DNA of 64,000 bases from Terriglobia bacterium (GCA_965223005.1 CBDCVK010000010.1:352001-416000), one strand, 5' to 3'; shown: positions 30,115 through 41,741, counted from the stretch's first letter. Numbers and translations: made by a program. Notes: generated by a model not told the origin, from the sequence alone.

Positions 30115-33021
30115 TCAAGCGGGACGGACTGCCAGCAATGCAACCGGGAAACTGCGAAACACGCTGTGGAGGCGGAGAAGGTTTTGCTTTCTCGCGGAGG
30201 CGGCATCTAGCGGCTCTCCGGTTAGGACGTTGACCCAACGGCGAGGCGCGTCACCGGGCAGGCGGAGGCTATCTGCCCCCCAAATCGGCTGCCCGAGTGG
30301 GAATTTGCCCACTTCCACCAGCCGAGTGACCATCCGGGGCACTACCACAACGGCCCAGCTCTGGCCCCGGCGGCGGGCGAAGGCGCAGACGTTTTCCTTG
30401 TGCTTGCCGGTGCTCTCCAGTGGGAGATAGACGCCCTCGCTGAACACCTCCCGGCGGGCGCGGCGGAAGTTAAGCGCTTTCCATGTGAGGTAGAGCTTGA
30501 TGCGGCCGTCCGGCCAGTGAGCCAGCAGGTCTCGTGCCACCGAAGCAGGGCCGGACGCCGCCTTTCGTTCGAGCTCATCCAGCATGTGCGCCCGTTTCAG
30601 AAAGTCCACCGGGCGTCGGTTGTCCGGGTCCACCAAGGTGAAGTTCCATAGCTCGGTGCCCTGGTAGAGGTCGGGCAAGCCGGGCGAGGCGATTTTCAGC
30701 AGCAGCGCCGACAGGCTGTTGAGCGCGCCATAATGGGCAATTTTCTTCTGGAAGTTGGTGAAATCGCGGAGGAAGCGGTTGGCACCCGACTCTTCCAGGA
30801 TAGCTCCAACAAAATGGCTGAGTGCCTGCTCGTGTGCCGCGTTCGTGCGGATCCAACTGGTATGCTGCTTGGCTTCGCGTGCCGCCTTGAGCATGTAGGC
30901 TTGCAGCCGATCTCTTAGCGACGGCAGCTCGTCCCGCTCGAGCGGCCAGGTACCCAGCATCGTCTGATAGAGCAGGACCTCTTCGCTGGGCACCGGCACC
31001 AAGGAGTCGTCAAATTTCTGTTTCTTTGCCTGGTTCCACCGGCTCCATCGCTGCAGACAGCTCGCCCACTCCTCCGACAGCTCCGCCAGGACGCTGATTC
31101 GGGCGCGTATGTCTTCGCTGCGCTTGGTGTCGTGAGTGGAAGTGGCGTTCAGCGTGTGGGGCCAGTCGGCCTGACGCTGCTTGTTGAACCGGTGGAATGC
31201 ATCGGTGTCCAGCGGCAGATTCTGCCGGAGTGGATCGCCGCCCACCTCGTTGAGGGAAACCAGGCTGTTGTGGGTGTAAAAGGCAGTGTCTTCCAGACCC
31301 TTGCCCATCACCGGCCCGGTGAACTGTTGCCAGCGCATCACGAAGCGCAACCACTCCTTTTTCTCGTTTTCCAGGTAGTCGGGGGGATGGACCAGAAACA
31401 CTTGCTGGAGGAAGGCAAAGGCGGAAGGGCTGACCTGATCCCGCGGGGTTCGCTGACGCGCCACCTTCAGGGTGCGCTCGATGTAAGCGCGGTCGCTGAG
31501 GTGTACCCGGACGTCGCGGATGTAGGTTCTGTAGACGGGCAGGCAGGCCGTGGCTTCCACCAACGCCTGCGAGAGTTCGGATAGCGGCAGGTCTCGCGCG
31601 TTGCGAACCTGCGCTGCCAGTTTCCCGAGTTCGTATGTCAGCGTGGAGATCTCCCCCTGAAAGAGCTGTTCCATCACCTGCTTTTTCCGCTGGTAGCAAA
31701 TGTCGGCGAACGGCTCCTGGTTTCCCGTAAATTGGGCGTAGGTGGCCTCCAGCGCCTGTAAGTCCGGCGCATTGAGGAACACGCCATTCAACGGATGGAG
31801 ATAGTCGTAGCCGGTCGTGCCGCTGGTGGGCCATTCTTCCGGGAGGACTTCGTCGCCGCCCAGGATCTTCTCCACAACCACGTAGAAGGGACGCCCTTTG
31901 CCTTCCTCGAGCGATGCGGCCGCCGCGTCTTGGAGCCGATGAAGATAACCCAGAGGGTCGTACAGCCCGTCAATGTGATCCACCCGCAATCCGGTCACTT
32001 TCCTTTCTTTAACGAGTTGAAAGATCCTCGCGTGCGTGGCATGGAATACCCTGGGGTCAGTGACCTGCAAGCTGACTAGGTCGTTGATATCGAAGAAGCG
32101 ACGATAGTTGATCTCTTCAGCAGCAGTTTGCCAATGCGCCAACCGATACGGTTGGGCGACCAGGAGCCGATCCAGGGAATCAAAGCTCTTTGGCTTTCCC
32201 GCGGTTCCGTTAAAAAAGCGCAGCGTTTCATCCAGGCATTTGCGGAATTCCAGATCGGCCAGATCGGTCAGATCGGCTAGATATAGCCTCCCTAGCCGCT
32301 GCTGGATTTGTTCTTTGCCGCGCCGCCTTGCTTCGATCTCCTCGGGGATTTGGGTTGTGTAGTTGGGCAATCGTTCTGTGGCATCCGCAATGCCAGATAA
32401 CTCCTGGGTGCGCGGCGCGCTGCGGGCGGCTGATTGGCGCATGCTCCCCAGGCAGTGCTCGAGAATGAGCCGATAGGATTTCGGCTCGAGAGGCAGGCGT
32501 GTCTCAAAATAGCGAATGAAGAAGCCGTTTTGGTCAAACTCCAGAGACAGTTGCTGGTTTTCCAGAACTTTGCTGTAGGTGTCGCCCAACACCGGCAACA
32601 GGATCTTGTTTTCCTGCAAGAAGGCCGCCTCGGTGGTGGGCGGCTGCCAGTCAATGTCGAAGTAGGAGGCATAGGGGGAGCTGGGGCCATTCTCTAGCAC
32701 ATCCATCCACCAGGGGTTTTCCGCGCTGGCGGCCATGTGGTTGGGGACAATGTCCAGCAGCAAACCCATGTCGTGATGTTGGAGTTGCTCGACCAACTGA
32801 TCGAATTCATCTTCCGTTCCAAGCTCGGAGTTGAGCCCCAGCGGGTCGACCACGTCGTAGCCGTGCGGGCTGCCTCTGCACGACTGCAGGCAAGGCGAAG
32901 CATACAGGTCGGTGATCCCCAATTCATGCAGGTAGGGCACCAGATCGCGGGCGTGAGTGAAACGGAAGCTGCGGCTGAACTGAACCCGGTAGGTGGCAAC
33001 CGGCACGCGCAGAGGCGTCAT
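30115..33021 (-). CDS. treY: Malto-oligosyltrehalose synthase (GH13)
   Basis: ATYRVQF, DIVPNHM, NYRRFFD, RVDHIDGL, STHDTKRSED; ATGA overlap with the upstream gene. Confidence 0.95.
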   Translation of the reverse strand: MTPLRVPVATYRVQFSRSFRFTHARDLVPYLHELGITDLYASPCLQSCRGSPHGYDVVDPLGLNSELGTEDEFDQLVEQLQHHDMGLLLDIVPNHMAASAENPWWMDVLENGPSSPYASYFDIDWQPPTTEAAFLQENKILLPVLGDTYSKVLENQQLSLEFDQNGFFIRYFETRLPLEPKSYRLILEHCLGSMRQSAARSAPRTQELSGIADATERLPNYTTQIPEEIEARRRGKEQIQQRLGRLYLADLTDLADLEFRKCLDETLRFFNGTAGKPKSFDSLDRLLVAQPYRLAHWQTAAEEINYRRFFDINDLVSLQVTDPRVFHATHARIFQLVKERKVTGLRVDHIDGLYDPLGYLHRLQDAAAASLEEGKGRPFYVVVEKILGGDEVLPEEWPTSGTTGYDYLHPLNGVFLNAPDLQALEATYAQFTGNQEPFADICYQRKKQVMEQLFQGEISTLTYELGKLAAQVRNARDLPLSELSQALVEATACLPVYRTYIRDVRVHLSDRAYIERTLKVARQRTPRDQVSPSAFAFLQQVFLVHPPDYLENEKKEWLRFVMRWQQFTGPVMGKGLEDTAFYTHNSLVSLNEVGGDPLRQNLPLDTDAFHRFNKQRQADWPHTLNATSTHDTKRSEDIRARISVLAELSEEWASCLQRWSRWNQAKKQKFDDSLVPVPSEEVLLYQTMLGTWPLERDELPSLRDRLQAYMLKAAREAKQHTSWIRTNAAHEQALSHFVGAILEESGANRFLRDFTNFQKKIAHYGALNSLSALLLKIASPGLPDLYQGTELWNFTLVDPDNRRPVDFLKRAHMLDELERKAASGPASVARDLLAHWPDGRIKLYLTWKALNFRRARREVFSEGVYLPLESTGKHKENVCAFARRRGQSWAVVVVPRMVTRLVEVGKFPLGQPIWGADSLRLPGDAPRRWVNVLTGEPLDAASARKQNLLRLHSVFRSFPVALLAVRPA

Positions 33022-35459
33022 CCGTTGGTTCCTGCGTCCACCCGGACCCGAAGCTTTTCTCCCAGTGCCCGGAACTGGTTCACCCAAGCATGTGCCGTTT
33101 CATCCCCGTGGTCGCCCTTGGCGAGGAAATCCGGGTAGAGGTTCTGCATCGTCTCGTAGTAGTTGTTCTGGGCTGTCCAAAGATTGACTTCAAACGGCAT
33201 CGAGCCGGCCAGTTCCACCCCCAGGTCTAGTGCTTGCAGGTGGTTCAGATCGGCGGGCTGCTCTCGGAATCGACTCGTCAGTCGCTCAATCTTGCGGCGG
33301 AGGGCAAACTCCAGGGTGGCTTCGTCTAGCTCGACTCCGGCTTTGGTGGCCTCGTCCAACAGCGCGTAAATGCGCTCCCGGTCCAGGCTGTCGGACTCCA
33401 TGGCTTGGCGCAGGTCTGCGTTGAGGGTGAACTCGGCGGCGATTTCGAAGCGGTGCGGCTGAGGCATCCCCAGCGATGTCAGGAAGCGCATCAAGGCGGT
33501 GTGGTCCTGGTAGATGCGGCGGTAGGCGGTCTCGGTCTCGGCCAGCACCGACTCCAGGATCATCTGCAGAATCTTGCGCTGCTCGTCGCGAAAGAGCAGT
33601 TTCAGCGTGTGTGCGCTCGATTCGAAGTGTTTTTCCACGATGCGCAGCAGCTCAGGGGAATCTCCGGCCTCGAAGGCCTCAGTGACTTCGTTGGCCAGCT
33701 CCTGGTAGGCTTGCTCTCCCCGGAACTGCCGGACCTGGGCCCGGACATTGTGGTCACCCAGATGCAGAACTCCGAAAGTCATTCGGGCGGACTCTCGCGT
33801 GATCTGGGAGACGAGTTTGGCTCGGCCTAGGGCAAATTTCGCTTTTCCTGCAGTCTGCAGGCGGAGGTCCTCCCGGTCGATGTCGTAACAATACGTTTGC
33901 GCTGCCTTGTCGGGACTTTCGAACATCGAACTGACGGCATAGTGAACGCCCACCTTGTGCAAATCCACCAGGGAAGGCTTCACCCACTTTTCGTAGATGC
34001 GGCGGCCGTCGCGGTGCTCGTTCAGATTGCTCTTGGCTCGCTCCAGCAGATCCAGAAACCGCGCTTCCAACGGCTCGTCCGACAGATCGCCGGCCAGCTG
34101 CAGGGTGCGTCCGGCGTATTGCAGCACCTGCACGGTCTCCAAGCCGGACAGATCATCGAAGAACCAACCGCAACTGGTATACATCAGCATCGCCTGACGC
34201 TCGAGTTCCAGGAGCTTGAGAGCTTCGATCTGTTCTTCCTCCGACATCGCCCGGATCGCATGCCGTTCGAAGAACCGCTCCACTGACTCTGGGGAGCGAT
34301 CCAGAATTACCTCGATGTAATCATTGCGGGCCGCCCAGGGATCGCGCAGCAGCTTCCCAGCCCGTTGGTCATAGAAGGGAGCCAGCGCATCCCGCAACCA
34401 GTCGAGCGCCTCGCGCAGCGGGCCTCGCCACCGCTGGTGCCAGCCGCGGTGCGCCCCCGAGTCACAGCCGCAGTTGCTTCGCCAGCGTTCGACCCCATGA
34501 GGGCAGCTCCAGGAGCTGTTCTCGAAGATTTCTCCTTCGTGGGTGGGTGGGTACCGCTCCAGGTACTCGCCGTAATTGGTGCTTCTTGCCAGATTGTTGA
34601 ATTCGATGTATTCCAGGGCATAGGAAAGCGCCATTTCGCCGTGCCGGTGGTGATGGCCGTAGGTTTCCCCGTCCGTCGCGATGTGCACAAGTTGCGGCCC
34701 GGAGCGTGCCTCATCAAAACCCTCCGTGAGCCGGTTGGCCAAGTGCTCACCCTGGATTAGTAAGTTTTCAAAAGCGACGCCACGGGAGATGGGCCCGTCG
34801 TAAAAGAACAGATGGATGCTGCGGCCGGCTCCAAGGTGGAGCCGATAGGGCATCGAAGGGTCCACTCGCCCCCCGCGCACGTCGCGCCAGCGGCCGCCGG
34901 GCGGGCGAACGCGGCGAGCCTGCGTCGGCGCCAAAATGGTGAAGCGGATCCCTTGCTCGACCAGAATGCGCAGCGTTTCCAGGTCCACGGCGGTTTCCGG
35001 CAGCCACATCCCTTCCGGAGGCCGGCCGAAGCGAGCCTGAAAATCGCGGATGCCCCAAATGACTTGCGTCTCTTTGTCGCGGCGGTTGGCCAGCGGCAGG
35101 ATCATGTGGTTGTAGGCTTGGGCCAGCGCGGACCCGTGCCCCGAAAACCTCTCCTGGCTCTCCTGGTCCGCTGCGAGAATGGCCCGATAGACTTCCGGCG
35201 ACTGTTGCTCCAGCCATGCCATCAGCGTGGGGCCGAAGTTGAAGCTGAGTTTGGCGTAGTTGTTGACGATCTTGATGATGCGCCCCTCGCCGTCCAGGAT
35301 GCGCGAGTTCGCATTCGGCGCATAACACTCGGCCGTGATTCGCTCGTTCCAGTCGTGATAGGGATAGGCCGAGTCCTGCATTTCGATCGCTTCCAACCCC
35401 GGGTTCTCGCGGGGCGGCTGGTAGAAATGGGCATGGATACAAATGTAGCGTGGCGTCAT
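33018..35459 (-). CDS. GH57 glycoside hydrolase with DUF3536
   Basis: HAHFYQPPRENP, WLPETAVD, ATDGETYGHH, MYTSCGWFFD. Confidence 0.92.
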   Translation of the reverse strand: MTPRYICIHAHFYQPPRENPGLEAIEMQDSAYPYHDWNERITAECYAPNANSRILDGEGRIIKIVNNYAKLSFNFGPTLMAWLEQQSPEVYRAILAADQESQERFSGHGSALAQAYNHMILPLANRRDKETQVIWGIRDFQARFGRPPEGMWLPETAVDLETLRILVEQGIRFTILAPTQARRVRPPGGRWRDVRGGRVDPSMPYRLHLGAGRSIHLFFYDGPISRGVAFENLLIQGEHLANRLTEGFDEARSGPQLVHIATDGETYGHHHRHGEMALSYALEYIEFNNLARSTNYGEYLERYPPTHEGEIFENSSWSCPHGVERWRSNCGCDSGAHRGWHQRWRGPLREALDWLRDALAPFYDQRAGKLLRDPWAARNDYIEVILDRSPESVERFFERHAIRAMSEEEQIEALKLLELERQAMLMYTSCGWFFDDLSGLETVQVLQYAGRTLQLAGDLSDEPLEARFLDLLERAKSNLNEHRDGRRIYEKWVKPSLVDLHKVGVHYAVSSMFESPDKAAQTYCYDIDREDLRLQTAGKAKFALGRAKLVSQITRESARMTFGVLHLGDHNVRAQVRQFRGEQAYQELANEVTEAFEAGDSPELLRIVEKHFESSAHTLKLLFRDEQRKILQMILESVLAETETAYRRIYQDHTALMRFLTSLGMPQPHRFEIAAEFTLNADLRQAMESDSLDRERIYALLDEATKAGVELDEATLEFALRRKIERLTSRFREQPADLNHLQALDLGVELAGSMPFEVNLWTAQNNYYETMQNLYPDFLAKGDHGDETAHAWVNQFRALGEKLRVRVDAGTNG

Positions 35460-35462
35460 GGG

Positions 35463-37310
35463 TTACACCGTTTGAAACAGAACGGCGGACTTCGGCCCGA
35501 CCGTCAAACGGGTTTCGCTGCTCGCGGTGAACCGCTCTGGCATCGAACCGCCGGCGCCAGCCCATCGGGGGTCGGAGGAATCCAGCAGCTTTTGCCAGTG
35601 CCCCGGCGGGAGGGGCAAGGAAAGCCGTGCTGCTGCGTCTCCAAAGTGGAAGACCGTGAAAACCTGGTTGGAATCTTTCCATCGGCGGACGAACAAAATC
35701 TTCTCCTTCTCATAACTCGCGACCTCCAGCGCCTCCTTGCTCAAGCAGGTCAGGGCGGGTGTGTTGTTCCTCAGCCGGATCAGCTGCTGATAAAAGTCGC
35801 GCAGGATGCGATGCGGTCCGTCCTGGCGTAATTCCCAGCGCAGCTTCGAGCACAAGAAAGTGCGCTCGTCCTGCGGGTCGGGCAGCTCGCCTTGCCCCGC
35901 CTCGCCTGGCCATTGAAAGGCGGCAAACTCTTGGCGCCTCCCCTGGCGCACCGCCTCAATCAGGGAAGGGTCCGAATGGCTGACAAAATACAGGAAGGGT
36001 GCTGTCTCGGCATACTCCTCCCCCATGAACAGCAACGGAACGCAGGGGGACAGCAGGACCACGGCGGCGGCCAGCTTCAGTTCCTCGAAGGAGGTGAGTT
36101 GGCTGAGCCGCTCGCCCAGCATCCGGTTTCCCACCTGGTCGTGGTTCTGCGCGCACACCACGAACCGGTACGCCGGGATGTCTCGCGAAGAGTTACCGAG
36201 GCGGCGCTGGCGGTAGGCCGAATACTGTCCCGAATACACATAGCCCTCGGTGAACGCCCGGGCCAGATGCTCGATTTGCCCAAAGTCCGCGTAATAACCG
36301 TTACGTTCGCCGGTCAGAAGGGCGTGCAGCGCGTGGTGGAAATCGTCGTTCCATTGGGCATCCAGACCCCAGCCGCCAACCTGGCGCGAGCGAAGGCACC
36401 GCGGGTCGTTCCGGTCGCTTTCCGCGATCACATGGACGGGACGCGCCAGCCGCTCCGCCTGCTCCTGCACAGCCGCGGCCAGCTCTTCCAGGAAGGGTTG
36501 AGCCGATGGGTCCACAATGGCGTGGATGGCGTCGAGGCGAAGCGCATCCACGTGAAACTCGGTAATCCAATAAAGCGCATTTTCGATAAAGAAGTGCCTG
36601 ACCTCGTCGCTGTGCGGCCCGTCGAAGTTGATTGCCCGGCCCCACGGGGTACGGTAGCGATCGGTAAAGTAGGGCGCAAAGTCACCCAGGTAGTTTCCTT
36701 CCGGCCCGACGTGGTTATAGACCACATCCAGGACTACGGCTAGCCCCTGTTGGTGGCACGCATTGACCAACCTCTTTAGGCCATCGGGTCCGCCGTAGCA
36801 GTTCTGTACCGCAAAGGGAAAGACGCCGTCGTACCCCCAGTTCCGGTCCCCAGGAAATTGCGCCACCGGCATCAACTCTACGGCCGTGACGCCAATCTGC
36901 TTCAGCTCACTGAGGCAGGGCAGCAGCGCGTCAAACGTTCCCTCCGGAGTGAAGGTTCCCACGTGGATTTCGTAAAGGATGTAACGTTCAAGCGGGAGGC
37001 CACGCCATTCCAGATCTTGCCAGCTAAAGGCTTGGTCCACAACCTGGGCCGGCCCATGAACACCCTGCGGCTGGAAGCGGGAGGCTGGGTCTGGCCTTTC
37101 TTGCCCACCGCCCAGGCGGTACAGGTACAAGCTGCCCGGGGCGACACCCTCCGCCACGACACGATGGTAGCCGCGCGGCTGCCGTTGCATCGGGACCAAC
37201 TGCTCGCGTGGGCCCATCATGCGCACTTCGACCTGCTCCTGTTGCGGTGCCCACAACAGAAACTCGCAGCGGCCGCGGCCCAGGTAGGTCGCGCCTAGCG
37301 CGGGGCTCAT
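35463..37310 (-). CDS. treZ: Malto-oligosyltrehalose trehalohydrolase
   Basis: RNWGYDGV, DVVYNH, LRLDAIH, QWNDDFHH, NHDQVGNR. Confidence 0.95.
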   Translation of the reverse strand: MSPALGATYLGRGRCEFLLWAPQQEQVEVRMMGPREQLVPMQRQPRGYHRVVAEGVAPGSLYLYRLGGGQERPDPASRFQPQGVHGPAQVVDQAFSWQDLEWRGLPLERYILYEIHVGTFTPEGTFDALLPCLSELKQIGVTAVELMPVAQFPGDRNWGYDGVFPFAVQNCYGGPDGLKRLVNACHQQGLAVVLDVVYNHVGPEGNYLGDFAPYFTDRYRTPWGRAINFDGPHSDEVRHFFIENALYWITEFHVDALRLDAIHAIVDPSAQPFLEELAAAVQEQAERLARPVHVIAESDRNDPRCLRSRQVGGWGLDAQWNDDFHHALHALLTGERNGYYADFGQIEHLARAFTEGYVYSGQYSAYRQRRLGNSSRDIPAYRFVVCAQNHDQVGNRMLGERLSQLTSFEELKLAAAVVLLSPCVPLLFMGEEYAETAPFLYFVSHSDPSLIEAVRQGRRQEFAAFQWPGEAGQGELPDPQDERTFLCSKLRWELRQDGPHRILRDFYQQLIRLRNNTPALTCLSKEALEVASYEKEKILFVRRWKDSNQVFTVFHFGDAAARLSLPLPPGHWQKLLDSSDPRWAGAGGSMPERFTASSETRLTVGPKSAVLFQTV

Positions 37311-37316
37311 CGCGGG

Positions 37317-39290
37317 TTACGCTCCATTCTTGAAGAAGGCAATGGCCAGCGGCGGCAGGGTGATGCTCAGAGCGTAGGGGCGCCCATGGACGGAAGCCGG
37401 CCCCGCCTCCACCCCGCCGAGATTCCCCGAGCCGCCTCCTCCGTAGTGCTGCGCATCGCTGTTGAGCAGTTCGTGCCAGAATCCGCCCCGCGGGATACCA
37501 AGCCGGTAATTGGTACGGTGGATCGGGGTGAAGTTACAGGCCACGACGAGAACGTCGTCGCTCGAGTGTCCCCTGCGGAGAAACGTCAGTACGCTCTGGT
37601 CGCTGTCGTCGCAGTCGATCCATTCAAAGCCCGCCGGCTCGTTGTCCAGCTCATAGAGCGCTGGCTCGCTGCGGTACAGCCGATTCAAATCTTCCACCCA
37701 CTTTTGCAAACCGGCGTGGGGCGTGTATTGCAACAGGTGCCAGTCCAGGCCTTTCTCATGGTTCCATTCCCGCCACTGGCCAAACTCGCCTCCCATGAAC
37801 AGCAGCTTCTTTCCGGGCTGGCTGTACATGTAACCGAGCAGCAGGCGGAGGTTGGCGAACTTCTGCCCATCGTCGCCGGCCATCTTGCCGAGCAGCGAGC
37901 TCTTTCCGTACACGACCTCGTCGTGCGACAGCGGCAGCAAGAAGTTTTCGTTGAAGGCGTAGGTCATTCGAAAGGTCAGCTTGTCGTGGGAGTCCTTCCG
38001 GCGGCCAGGGTCCCGGGACAGGTATTCCCGCGTGTCGTGCATCCATCCCATGTCCCACTTCATGCCAAAGCCCAAACCTCCCAGGTGGGTCGGTCTGGAG
38101 ACCATCGGCCAGGAAGTTGACTCCTCCGCCACGGTTTGGATGTCGGGGTAGTTCTTGTGGGCGTGCTGATTGAGTTCTCGCAGGAACTGGGCGGCTTCGA
38201 GGTTTTCCCGCCCCCCGTACCGGTTGGGAACCCACTCGCCTTTCGGGCGCGAGTAGTCCAGGTACAGCATGGAAGAAACCGCGTCCACTCGCAGTCCGTC
38301 GGCGTGGTAGGTGTCCAGCCAGAACGACGCGCTGCTTAGGAGGAAGCTTCGGCTCTCGTGCCGCTCGTAGTTGAAGATGTAGCTGCCCCAGTCCGGATGA
38401 AAGCCTTTCCGCGGGTCGGCGTGCTCGTAGAGGTGCGTTCCGTCAAAGTAGGCCAAGCCGTGCTCGTCGCTCGGAAAATGTGACGGTACCCAGTCCAGGA
38501 TGACGCCGATCCCGTTCTGGTGGAGGGAGTCAATCAAATACATCAAGTCTTGCGGAGCTCCGTAGCGGCTGGTGGGGGCGAAATAGCCAGTCGTCTGGTA
38601 GCCCCAGGAGCCGTAGAAGGGGTGCTCCATCACGGGCAAAAATTCCACGTGAGTGAACCCCATCCGGCGCACATAGTCGGCCAGCTTGGGCGCCAGTTCT
38701 CGATAACTCAGCCAGCGGTTGTCTTGCTCCGGGACGCGCATCCAGGAGCCAAGGTGCACCTCATAGATGGCGATGGGGCTACGCAGGGAATTACGCTGAT
38801 GCCGGCTTTGCATCCAGTCGCCATCCCCCCAGGAGTATTCCAGGTTGCAGACGACTGAAGCGGTTCGAGGGGGATTTTCCAGGAAGAAGGCGAACGGATC
38901 GGTCTTGTCCACCCGATAGTCGCCATGCCGGGAGACGACATAATACTTGTAAAGCTCTCCTGGACCCACTCCAGGTATGAATCCCTCCCAGATGCCGGCC
39001 GAGATGCCGGAATAGACACGGGGTTGCAATGGGTGGCTCGACTTATCCCATCCGTTGAAGTCCCCCATCACGTACAGCTGTTTTGCGTTCGGCGCCCAGA
39101 CAGCAAAATGCGTTCCCTGCGCGCCGGCTGCCTGCGCGAGATGAGCCCCCAGCTTCTGGTAAAGCCGATCGTGGCTGCCCTTGTTGAACAGGTGGAGGTC
39201 CTGATCGCTCAACAAGCTCGCGTCATAGCGCACCGTGGAGGCCTTGTCTGAGCCTAAGGTCCGCGGTGTATGCTTCTGGCTGGATTTCAA
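37317..39290 (-). CDS. glgB: 1,4-alpha-glucan branching enzyme
   Basis: [37 protein letters not shown]. Probable TTG start overlaps the malQ stop (TTGA). Confidence 0.95.
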   Translation of the reverse strand: MKSSQKHTPRTLGSDKASTVRYDASLLSDQDLHLFNKGSHDRLYQKLGAHLAQAAGAQGTHFAVWAPNAKQLYVMGDFNGWDKSSHPLQPRVYSGISAGIWEGFIPGVGPGELYKYYVVSRHGDYRVDKTDPFAFFLENPPRTASVVCNLEYSWGDGDWMQSRHQRNSLRSPIAIYEVHLGSWMRVPEQDNRWLSYRELAPKLADYVRRMGFTHVEFLPVMEHPFYGSWGYQTTGYFAPTSRYGAPQDLMYLIDSLHQNGIGVILDWVPSHFPSDEHGLAYFDGTHLYEHADPRKGFHPDWGSYIFNYERHESRSFLLSSASFWLDTYHADGLRVDAVSSMLYLDYSRPKGEWVPNRYGGRENLEAAQFLRELNQHAHKNYPDIQTVAEESTSWPMVSRPTHLGGLGFGMKWDMGWMHDTREYLSRDPGRRKDSHDKLTFRMTYAFNENFLLPLSHDEVVYGKSSLLGKMAGDDGQKFANLRLLLGYMYSQPGKKLLFMGGEFGQWREWNHEKGLDWHLLQYTPHAGLQKWVEDLNRLYRSEPALYELDNEPAGFEWIDCDDSDQSVLTFLRRGHSSDDVLVVACNFTPIHRTNYRLGIPRGGFWHELLNSDAQHYGGGGSGNLGGVEAGPASVHGRPYALSITLPPLAIAFFKNGA

Positions 39291-41500
39291 CAGCCTTTCC
39301 CTCCCACTCGTGCCCGACGTAGTTGCCGGAGTGTAGCGCAGACCTCGGGCAACCGGCGAAACGCTTCCAATGAGTGGTGAGCCTTCTGACGCCAGTTGGA
39401 GCGTGTCTCTCCGGTTGAAGGAACGTTGTGGGACTGCGTTTCCAGCCAAAGGTCTTCCAAGTTCACCAGCACGATTTGAGCCGGGCTAGCCGCCAAGTAG
39501 GCCAGGCAAGCTCTCAAAACATCACCAGTCCCCGTCGACCTGGATGTCAGCCAGCCGTGGCGCCGTAAGAAACTGACCAAAGCGCTTCGGAGGGCTTGGC
39601 GAGTCTTGCGCTCGCTTTGGGCACCCTTTTGGGTGAGAAGGCCCAGAGCCAGCCGGTCTTCCACATCCAGGTCCTTCCAGTAAGCGGCAAATGGGGGCAT
39701 GTCGTGCGTGTTCAGCCCGGCCACCGAGAACGCAGGCACTGCCCGTAGCGCCCTGCGCGCCTGATGCGCAATCTCGTATTGTACAACGTACATCCGCTGG
39801 ACCCGGTGGCGGCTCATCGTCGGATTGACGTAGTAGGGTACCGTACCCAGGTTCTCGCCGACGATGCTCGTCTTGTGCCGGTGCGATTCCAGGCTCAGGA
39901 TGGCGTAAAGTTCTTCAGCCGGGTAGCGCACATAGACCCCCTGGTGGTCTTCAAAACCGTCGGGAATCCAGTACAGCCGGTGCAGGGCCATCACGTGGTC
40001 AATGCGCAGCAGACCGGCGTGCTGGAGTTGATGGCGCAGGCTGGCGATGAAGTAGCCATAACCTTGCTCCCTGATCTTTTCTGGCTGTAGAGGCCGAAAC
40101 GCCCAATTCTGCCCCGTGGTGAAGACCCGGTCGGGAGGCGCGCCGCCGGAGACCTCCGGGGCAAACGCGTTCCGCTCGCGCCACACGTCATAACCCGCCG
40201 GATGGAGACCCAAAGGTAAATCCAGATACAAGCCAGGACCGTTTCGCCGGGCTTTTTCCGAAACCGCCTGAATCTGCTCTTGCGCCAACCATTGGGTGTA
40301 AAGGTAGTAGCGGCGCACCTGCTCATCGTAGTCACCCGGTTCGAGAACTCCCTCGCGCATTGGCTGGGGCCACCTCGGCCATGGAACCCGCTGGCGGTCA
40401 GAGGCGGCCCGGAAGCGGGCATAATCTTCCAGCCCAGGATGTGCCTCCAAGTAATGCCGGAAATTCGCCATCCGTTGCGAGTTCTGGGCGAAAAAGTGCC
40501 GTGCCAATTCCTCGAGCACCTTCCGTTTGACAGCCATCCCGCGACGATAGTCGACCAGGACCGACGATCGCAGAAGGTTCAGCTCCTGCTGGAGCCAGGC
40601 GGAGCCCAGTAGTTCCTTTACGCGGGCACAGGATTCCATTTCCGGAATGCGTGTGACGTCCAGGTAAAACTCGTTCCAGAACAGCCGGCTGGCCGGTGCG
40701 TACGGGCTTGGGTCGAAGGGCTCATCGAGGTAGGAGGCTAACAGCGGCAAGGTGCTGACCACACTTCCGCCCGATTGGCCGACCCACTCGACCAGCGCTT
40801 CCAGGTCCGAGAAATCACCCGCTCCCCAACTCTTGCGACCATGAAGCGCATATAGCGGGAGGAAAACTCCCCAGGTTCTGCCCTGCCGCTGTGGGCGCGG
40901 CGCGTAAGCCTGGAGCGGTGCAGCAATGATCAGCGACTCAGCTGTGTTTCCCTGCCATTCCAGTGTGAATCGGTGATAGCCGCAGGGCAGGCTTTTGGGG
41001 CTCCTTAGAGCTTTGACAACGTACCGCACTCCTGCGTCTTCTGCTGAGCGCAGAGCGCGAAGGCCCGCAAGGTTCGAGGTCCACTGCTGCACCTCTCCGG
41101 TTTCGAGCTGCAAGCGGCAACGCGCCAGGCCCCCGGCGCGCGATGCAGGCAGGCGCATCTCGACGCGCAATGGCGCGCCGTCCCAGGAAACCGTAGCGGG
41201 TTCCAGGCAGCGCTGCCACAGGTCCTGACGGCGTTGCCGCAAGGCTGACCCGGCATCCCCGTGGTTTTCTAGGGGGGCTCCCAACGCGCGAAGCACGGAC
41301 AAGAGTGCCTCAGGCGACGCCTGTCTGCGGCGGTGGGAAACGACATCGTAGTAAGCAGTTTGAACGCCGTAGAGGAGTGCCAGTTGCCGGAGCGGACCAT
41401 CCAGACGCTCTTTGCTGAGGTTCAACCGGTTCACCTCCATCAGTTCCAGATCCTGGCACCAGAGCGGTTCGTCTCGAGAGGGAGTCCTCTTTTCGACCAC
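39287..41500 (-). CDS. malQ: 4-alpha-glucanotransferase (GH77)
   Basis: [30 protein letters not shown]. Start may be 41440 or further downstream. Confidence 0.93.
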   Translation of the reverse strand: MVEKRTPSRDEPLWCQDLELMEVNRLNLSKERLDGPLRQLALLYGVQTAYYDVVSHRRRQASPEALLSVLRALGAPLENHGDAGSALRQRRQDLWQRCLEPATVSWDGAPLRVEMRLPASRAGGLARCRLQLETGEVQQWTSNLAGLRALRSAEDAGVRYVVKALRSPKSLPCGYHRFTLEWQGNTAESLIIAAPLQAYAPRPQRQGRTWGVFLPLYALHGRKSWGAGDFSDLEALVEWVGQSGGSVVSTLPLLASYLDEPFDPSPYAPASRLFWNEFYLDVTRIPEMESCARVKELLGSAWLQQELNLLRSSVLVDYRRGMAVKRKVLEELARHFFAQNSQRMANFRHYLEAHPGLEDYARFRAASDRQRVPWPRWPQPMREGVLEPGDYDEQVRRYYLYTQWLAQEQIQAVSEKARRNGPGLYLDLPLGLHPAGYDVWRERNAFAPEVSGGAPPDRVFTTGQNWAFRPLQPEKIREQGYGYFIASLRHQLQHAGLLRIDHVMALHRLYWIPDGFEDHQGVYVRYPAEELYAILSLESHRHKTSIVGENLGTVPYYVNPTMSRHRVQRMYVVQYEIAHQARRALRAVPAFSVAGLNTHDMPPFAAYWKDLDVEDRLALGLLTQKGAQSERKTRQALRSALVSFLRRHGWLTSRSTGTGDVLRACLAYLAASPAQIVLVNLEDLWLETQSHNVPSTGETRSNWRQKAHHSLEAFRRLPEVCATLRQLRRARVGGKGC

Positions 41501-41558
41501 TCCTCTGGAAGCTCCTTGCGCGCGTGTATCCTATAAAGTAATCGAAATCGTGGCCGGT

Positions 41559-41617
41559 CGGAAGCTTGCGCTGCAAGAGCCGGAAGCTTGCGCAAGAGCC
41601 GAAGCTTGCGTTGTAAG
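41559..41617. repeat. Three imperfect tandem copies of an ~19-22 bp unit
   Basis: cggaagcttgcgctgcaagagc / cggaagcttgcgcaagagc / cgaagcttgcgttgtaag. Confidence 0.85.
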
Positions 41618-41619
41618 GT

Positions 41620-41667
41620 GAGGAGTCGCCCGCCTTCAGTCTCGGGCTCGACCTTCTCGATGACCAC
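41620..41667 (-). pseudogene. Possible relic of the glgE 5' end
   Basis: Encodes VVIEKVEPETEGGR, like the GlgE N-terminal VVIE-x-V-x-P-x-(I/V)-D-x-GR. It sits at the head of the alpha-glucan operon and has an in-frame stop just upstream. Confidence 0.45.
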
Positions 41668-41675
41668 CGGTGTGC

Positions 41676-41704
41676 TTGACTGCTATGGGAGCAGGCTATA
41701 TCTT
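41676..41704 (+). promoter_or_regulatory. Sigma70-type promoter of the beta-propeller operon
   Basis: TTGACT-N17-TATCTT. Confidence 0.45.
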
Positions 41705-41741
41705 GAGTTTGTTGGAGTCTTTGTAGACCGAGCCGTCCACC

